From Pseudomonadota bacterium (GTDB lineage Bacteria; Pseudomonadota; Gammaproteobacteria; GCA-001735895), in contig JADFJT010000001.1 in NCBI GenBank assembly GCA_022566015.1, positions 29,143 to 93,142 of the forward strand: a stretch of 64,000 bases of DNA, written 5' to 3'. The translations under genes were made by a program, and so were the position numbers. The notes beneath the pieces were generated by a model. The model did not search any database. It was not told where the DNA came from and saw only the letters and a list, made by a program, of their open reading frames with translations. Numbering within the stretch: the first letter of the stretch is position 1; each line of letters begins with the position of its first letter. Positions 59,646-64,000 of this stretch are shown here, piece by piece.

Positions 59646-59891
59646 TCAACCACCTGGGCTAAAAGGAGTTTCGATCTCTGGCATGATTTTACCAGAATCC
59701 ACCGCAGAGATATTCGGTAACCACAATGTTACTGTTGTGCCTTTTCCCGGCTCGCTCTCGATCTCTACGCCACCTTCGTGCTGTTCCAGGATCTCCAGTA
59801 GGACTCCATTCAGCAAGCTCGCGGCATAGGTGACGAGTTTTTTATTAATAGATTGTCGGCTACTGCTAGCTGCAAATGCGATTACTTTCAT
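59646..59891 (-). pseudogene. Chimeric gene remnant: flavin-reductase-like N-terminus fused to the last ~45 aa of a histidine-kinase HATPase_c domain
   Basis: MKVIAFAASSSRQSINKKL... then ...GGVEIESEPGKGTTVTLWLP (G2 box and C-terminus of HATPase_c); 81 aa total, no kinase core. Confidence 0.4.
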
Positions 59892-59990
59892 TTAGATTCC
59901 CGCGTTATTTCTAATCGGATTTTACTTTTTTACAATGAATTCGTGTTTTATTTTAGTGCGAAATTGGTAGACTTATATTTATCGTAGGCA

Positions 59991-60019
59991 AAAAAAACCC
60001 ACCTGAAAACAGGTGGGTT
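59991..60019 (-). terminator. Rho-independent terminator oriented for minus-strand transcripts
   Basis: Minus-strand RNA would read AACCCACCUG-UUUU-CAGGUGGGUU followed by UUUUUUUU; the plus strand lacks a U-tract. Confidence 0.55.
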
Positions 60020-60175
60020 AAAAAGTCAAAACCTTGAGGAGGAGGAAGGGGTTTTAACTTAAAGCCATCGAAAGAGCCGCTATTTGACTCTTTAATTACA
60101 GGTTCCAGCCCTGGAACCCATGAAAAATCATCTTTACCTACCGACATGTCAGGCAGGTTGATATAATAATAGGCA

Positions 60176-60194
60176 AACTGTTACAATAACAGTT
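60176..60194. promoter_or_regulatory. 19-bp palindrome AACTGTTA-CAA-TAACAGTT just downstream of a TATAAT box (60162-60167), upstream of the MocR-family gene
   Basis: Read directly; the position fits an autoregulatory operator. Confidence 0.45.
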
Positions 60195-60223
60195 ACAATT
60201 TTTCTAAAATCTATACGATACAG

Positions 60224-61693
60224 TTGAATAAAACCATGGCAGTTTCGGTACTATCTCGCAGCGATTCCTTCAAATACGACCAGGTTTCTCGCTATATCAA
60301 CGATTTGATCGACAAGGGTGACTTAAAACCAGGAGATAAGGCGCCATCGCTACGCAAACTGAGCAAACAACTCGGCGTTAGTATTTCTACCGTTTCCCAG
60401 TCCTATTTGAGTCTCGAGGATCAGGGTATTTTAAGCGCCAAACCACAGTCTGGGTTTTTCATTAACGCACTCGCTAACCAGATCAATAATATTCCCAAAT
60501 CGACCACTACTTTGGGTCAGCCACGTAAGGTTCGATTTGGAGAATTATTCGAAGAAATTTTTCTCAATGCCAATAATCCGCGCATTGTGCCTTTTGGCAC
60601 CTCCCGGCCTTCGATGGAATTCATGCCGATTAAATCTCTGACGCGCACTACGCGCAGTATCATCAGCCGCCATCCTCAAAAATGCATGGACTACTGCTTT
60701 CCGCCCGGGGATCGAAAATTACGTGAGCAAATCGCACAACAATACGAACATACCAGTACCCGTGTGTCTCCGGATGATGTCATCATAACCTCCGGCGCTA
60801 CCGAGGCATTATCACTCAGCCTCCAGGCCGTGGCCAAACGCGGTGACATTATCGCAGTTGAGTCGCCTACCTATTTTGCCGTTTTACGCCTGATCGAAAA
60901 AATGGGCATGCTCGCACTGGAAATAGATACCGACCCACAAACAGGCATGGAACTAGATGCTCTGGGAGACGCATTTGACACGATGGACATCAAGGCAGTG
61001 TTAGCATCACCTAATATCAGTAACCCTCTGGGCAGCTTGATGCCGGAAGACAAAAAACGCCAAATGGTCATAATGCTGGCCGAACGCGATGTTCCACTGA
61101 TCGAAGATGACGTTTATGGCAATGTGTATTTCGGCGATAAACAGCCCCGTGCAGCAAAATCTTATGACCTTAACAACCTGGTGCTAAGCTGTTCTTCATT
61201 TTCCAAGACGCTCGCACCGGGTTATCGTATTGGCTGGGTTCTCGCCGGACGTTACCGCAACAAAGTACTCGAGTTAAAGCAGGCGACCTTTTCCGCCACC
61301 TCGTCGATCAACCAGTTCGCAATGGCCGAATTTTTGAGCAGCGGTCAGTATGATCGACATCTGGTTCGGCTGCGTAAAACTATGCACGATCAGGTAGAAA
61401 AGGGGCGCTATATGATCGCTAAAAGTTTCCCCGAGGGCACCTGTATCTCCAACCCGCAGGGAGGCAACGTAGCCTGGGTGGAGATGCCTCGTGGCTGTAA
61501 CAGCATCGAAATATTTAATCGCGCTTTGCAAAAGAACATCGGTGTTACACCGGGGATATTGTTTTCTGCCACACGTCGATTTAAGAACTACCTGCGAATA
61601 AATTGTGGTTTTCCCTGGGATGAGACGAATCAGCGTGCTATCGCTACACTAGGACAAATCGTTTCAGACCTGCGCGAAGACACTCCCGTATAA
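60224..61693 (+). CDS. MocR/GabR-family transcriptional regulator (GntR HTH + aminotransferase class I/II-like domain), intact
   Basis: [32 protein letters not shown] plus a ~350-aa fold-type-I PLP domain with SFSK lysine; the likely ATG is at 60236. Confidence 0.85.
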   Translation: MNKTMAVSVLSRSDSFKYDQVSRYINDLIDKGDLKPGDKAPSLRKLSKQLGVSISTVSQSYLSLEDQGILSAKPQSGFFINALANQINNIPKSTTTLGQPRKVRFGELFEEIFLNANNPRIVPFGTSRPSMEFMPIKSLTRTTRSIISRHPQKCMDYCFPPGDRKLREQIAQQYEHTSTRVSPDDVIITSGATEALSLSLQAVAKRGDIIAVESPTYFAVLRLIEKMGMLALEIDTDPQTGMELDALGDAFDTMDIKAVLASPNISNPLGSLMPEDKKRQMVIMLAERDVPLIEDDVYGNVYFGDKQPRAAKSYDLNNLVLSCSSFSKTLAPGYRIGWVLAGRYRNKVLELKQATFSATSSINQFAMAEFLSSGQYDRHLVRLRKTMHDQVEKGRYMIAKSFPEGTCISNPQGGNVAWVEMPRGCNSIEIFNRALQKNIGVTPGILFSATRRFKNYLRINCGFPWDETNQRAIATLGQIVSDLREDTPV

Positions 61694-61730
61694 ATACCAG
61701 TTTCCGAACTCACGGATAGAACTCACGGAA

Positions 61731-63554
61731 ATGACGCCTGCTTCAAGCGATCTCCCTACGTCTGCACGAGCGCTCGATTTATTACACTCAGTCTTTGGAT
61801 ACGATCGTTTTCGCTTTCAGCAGGCAAACATAATACAAACCCTGCTGGATGGGGGCGATGCACTGGTGCTGATGCCAACCGGTGGGGGCAAGTCGGTTTG
61901 TTTTCAAATACCAGCAATGATTCGCGCAGGGGTCGGCATAGTCATATCCCCGCTAATTGCGCTGATGCAGGATCAGGTCGATGCACTCAAAACTGCGGGG
62001 ATCCGGGCCGATTACATGAATTCAACCCAGTCTAGCGCGGTGCGTGCTGGCGTGGAGAAACGGTTACTCAACAATGAGCTCGACCTGTTATATGTTTCGC
62101 CTGAGCGCCTGAATACCTCTGATTTCATCACCCTGCTGCAGCGATCCTGCCTGGCGCTATTCGCCATCGACGAAGCGCACTGTGTGTCGCAATGGGGTCA
62201 TGATTTTCGAAGCGACTATCTACAGTTAAAGCTACTGCATCAACAATTCCCCCAGGTACCGCGAATTGCTTTGACGGCCACTGCCGATAAGCGCACCCGC
62301 GAAGAGATCATCCAGCAACTTGAATTGCAGCAGGCCCGGGTATTCATCCACAGTTTCGACCGAGCGAATATATTCTACCGCATCAGTGAAGGGCAGAATA
62401 ATCGCGACAGGCTATGGCGATTTATTCAGGCCAATCATGCGGGAGACGCAGGTATCGTCTATTGCCTGTCGCGCAAGCGGGTAGAAGCAATCGCCGACTG
62501 GTTACACCTGAAAGGCCGTATAGCACTGCCCTACCACGCGGGTATGGACGCGGATACGCGAGCACAGCACCAGCACCGATTTCTGGCCGAGGAAGGGGTA
62601 ATCATTGTAGCTACGATTGCATTTGGCATGGGGATCGACAAGCCCGACGTACGTTTTGTCGCTCATCTGAACATGCCAAAAACAATTGAAGCCTATTACC
62701 AGGAAACTGGGCGAGCCGGGCGCGATGGCCTGCCTGCCAATGCCTGGCTCGCCTATGGCATGCAGGACGTGATTAGTTTGCGTCAGATAAGTCAGCAAAG
62801 CGAAGCAAGCGAAGAGTTCAAACGAAACCAGCACAGAAAACTCGATTCGATGCTAGGCCTGTGCGAACAGGTCACCTGTCGGCGACAAACTTTGTTGGCA
62901 TATTTTGACGAAACTCTGGATCAAGCTTGCGGACATTGCGATAATTGTACCGAACCACCGACCACCTGGGATGCCACCGAGGCTGCACGCAAAGCTTTGT
63001 CCTGTGTATTTCGCACTGGACAAAGGTTTGGTGTCAACTACTTGATCGATGTATTAATGGGCAAACCGCAGGAACGAATTTCGCGCAACCGACACGATCA
63101 AATCAGCACCTGGGGCATCGGAACCGAGTTATCGATGAACCAGTGGCGTAGCCTTTTTCGTCAACTGCTGGTATATGGCTACCTTGAAAGCGATAGCGAT
63201 CAATACGGCGGCATGCGCCTTACCCAGCGAGCCAAACCATTACTGGGCGGAAACGAAAACCTTATGTTGCGTGAAGTCTCACCTGTAAAACAAAAACTGA
63301 CCTCACGCTCGAGCAGGCCATCACTCGAAGTAACCGATCAAACTCTATTCGACGCGTTGCGCGCGTTACGAAAATCACTTGCTGATGATCTCGGCGTGCC
63401 CCCCTATGTGATTTTCCACGATAAATCCCTGCTTGAAATGATCGATGCGCTGCCGACTAATTTGAGCGAGATGGCCGATATCAGTGGCGTGGGTGCACAA
63501 AAACTGGAACGCTTCGGCCAGGCTTTTCTTACCGTGATCAAACAACATCAATAA
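61731..63554 (+). CDS. recQ: ATP-dependent DNA helicase RecQ
   Basis: 607 aa; helicase motifs GGGKS, DEAH, zinc-binding Cys cluster CRRQ..CGHCDNC, and C-terminal HRDC domain. Confidence 0.92.
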   Translation: MTPASSDLPTSARALDLLHSVFGYDRFRFQQANIIQTLLDGGDALVLMPTGGGKSVCFQIPAMIRAGVGIVISPLIALMQDQVDALKTAGIRADYMNSTQSSAVRAGVEKRLLNNELDLLYVSPERLNTSDFITLLQRSCLALFAIDEAHCVSQWGHDFRSDYLQLKLLHQQFPQVPRIALTATADKRTREEIIQQLELQQARVFIHSFDRANIFYRISEGQNNRDRLWRFIQANHAGDAGIVYCLSRKRVEAIADWLHLKGRIALPYHAGMDADTRAQHQHRFLAEEGVIIVATIAFGMGIDKPDVRFVAHLNMPKTIEAYYQETGRAGRDGLPANAWLAYGMQDVISLRQISQQSEASEEFKRNQHRKLDSMLGLCEQVTCRRQTLLAYFDETLDQACGHCDNCTEPPTTWDATEAARKALSCVFRTGQRFGVNYLIDVLMGKPQERISRNRHDQISTWGIGTELSMNQWRSLFRQLLVYGYLESDSDQYGGMRLTQRAKPLLGGNENLMLREVSPVKQKLTSRSSRPSLEVTDQTLFDALRALRKSLADDLGVPPYVIFHDKSLLEMIDALPTNLSEMADISGVGAQKLERFGQAFLTVIKQHQ

Positions 63555-64000
63555 AGATGCTCTCTCGTACGGCCTCGATTTCTTCGCTTAGAGAGATCCA
63601 TTCGTCTTCCTGTTTGTTTAAATCCCGCGCGACCTCTGCCTGCTCGAATAGCGTGTCATTTAATAATTCTTTTTGTGCCTGCTGATAAATAGACGCCTCT
63701 GCCAATTGGGATTCTAGTTCACCTTTGCGCTTTGACAGCTTCTCTATCCTGTTTTCAAGTTGTTTGAGCAGTTTCAACTGCGGCTTCAATAAACGCCGCA
63801 CGGCCATCTCATCAACTTTTCGGGTCTGGCGTGAATTAGATTTGTTTCCGTTCGGTTTGCTTCGATCTGCCTGTCCCGCTTTGCGTTTTGCCAACCAGCC
63901 TGGATAGGCGTCGATATCGCCGTCGAAACGCTGCAACTTACCCGCATCGACTAGCCACAGGTCATCGCAGACGCTACGCAGCAAATGTCGATCATGCGAA
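63538..64000 (-). CDS. ABC-F family ATPase (Uup/YheS-like), C-terminal part; the gene continues past the window end
   Basis: [32 protein letters not shown] then charged coiled-coil C-terminal domain; the frame stays open to position 64000. Confidence 0.7.
   Translation of the reverse strand, partial: SHDRHLLRSVCDDLWLVDAGKLQRFDGDIDAYPGWLAKRKAGQADRSKPNGNKSNSRQTRKVDEMAVRRLLKPQLKLLKQLENRIEKLSKRKGELESQLAEASIYQQAQKELLNDTLFEQAEVARDLNKQEDEWISLSEEIEAVRESIFIDVV

Noticed and set aside
59953-60147. 64-aa minus-strand ORF spanning the 59991-60019 terminator hairpin
   Set aside because: It would be read through its own terminator; low-complexity protein with no support.

Overview
This is a roughly 45% GC gammaproteobacterial chromosomal window with no rRNA, tRNA, CRISPR, transposase or IS elements visible. 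It opens with the conserved pilU(partial)-pilT / yggS-proC-yggT block, followed by TerB-like and OxyR-like genes and a decayed Ser/Thr-kinase remnant.

The main candidate for a new system is a tightly coupled five-gene cassette at 5.8-9.1 kb. It encodes a glutaredoxin, a DUF1820-like protein, a GT2 glycosyltransferase, an MTA/SAH-nucleosidase-like protein with a ~110 aa C-terminal extension, and an SPL-family radical SAM enzyme. I cannot assign it to any named pathway.

The middle of the window is housekeeping and accessory genes: a large GGDEF-EAL sensor, rhodanese, msrA, xthA, tmcA, fadD, fadE, and an arsR/arsI-like pair. A polyamine and guanidino-compound catabolism regulon lies in two parts (24.8-29.2 kb and 44.7-54.2 kb). 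It comprises GATase1, a GntR regulator, a PuuA-like glutamine synthetase, an agmatinase-family ureohydrolase, TetR, potFGHI, a DDAH-like protein, two class-III aminotransferases and a PuuB-like oxidase. Its intergenic regions carry six copies of the palindrome TTGTGATCACAA.

Between the two parts sits a GC-rich (about 55-60%) island: a MocR-family regulator broken by an in-frame TGA, a family-5 SBP, an EEP-family enzyme, DppBC-like permeases and a fused DppD/F ATPase. The island is followed by a betaine-type demethylase module (Rieske oxygenase plus TMADH-family flavoprotein) with a decayed duplicated 5' fragment.

The window ends with a c-type cytochrome, ycgL, amtB-glnK, ubiK, comM, cytochrome c5, an intact MocR regulator, recQ and a partial ABC-F gene. 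Several gene remnants (SDR, OMP, histidine kinase) indicate ongoing gene decay.
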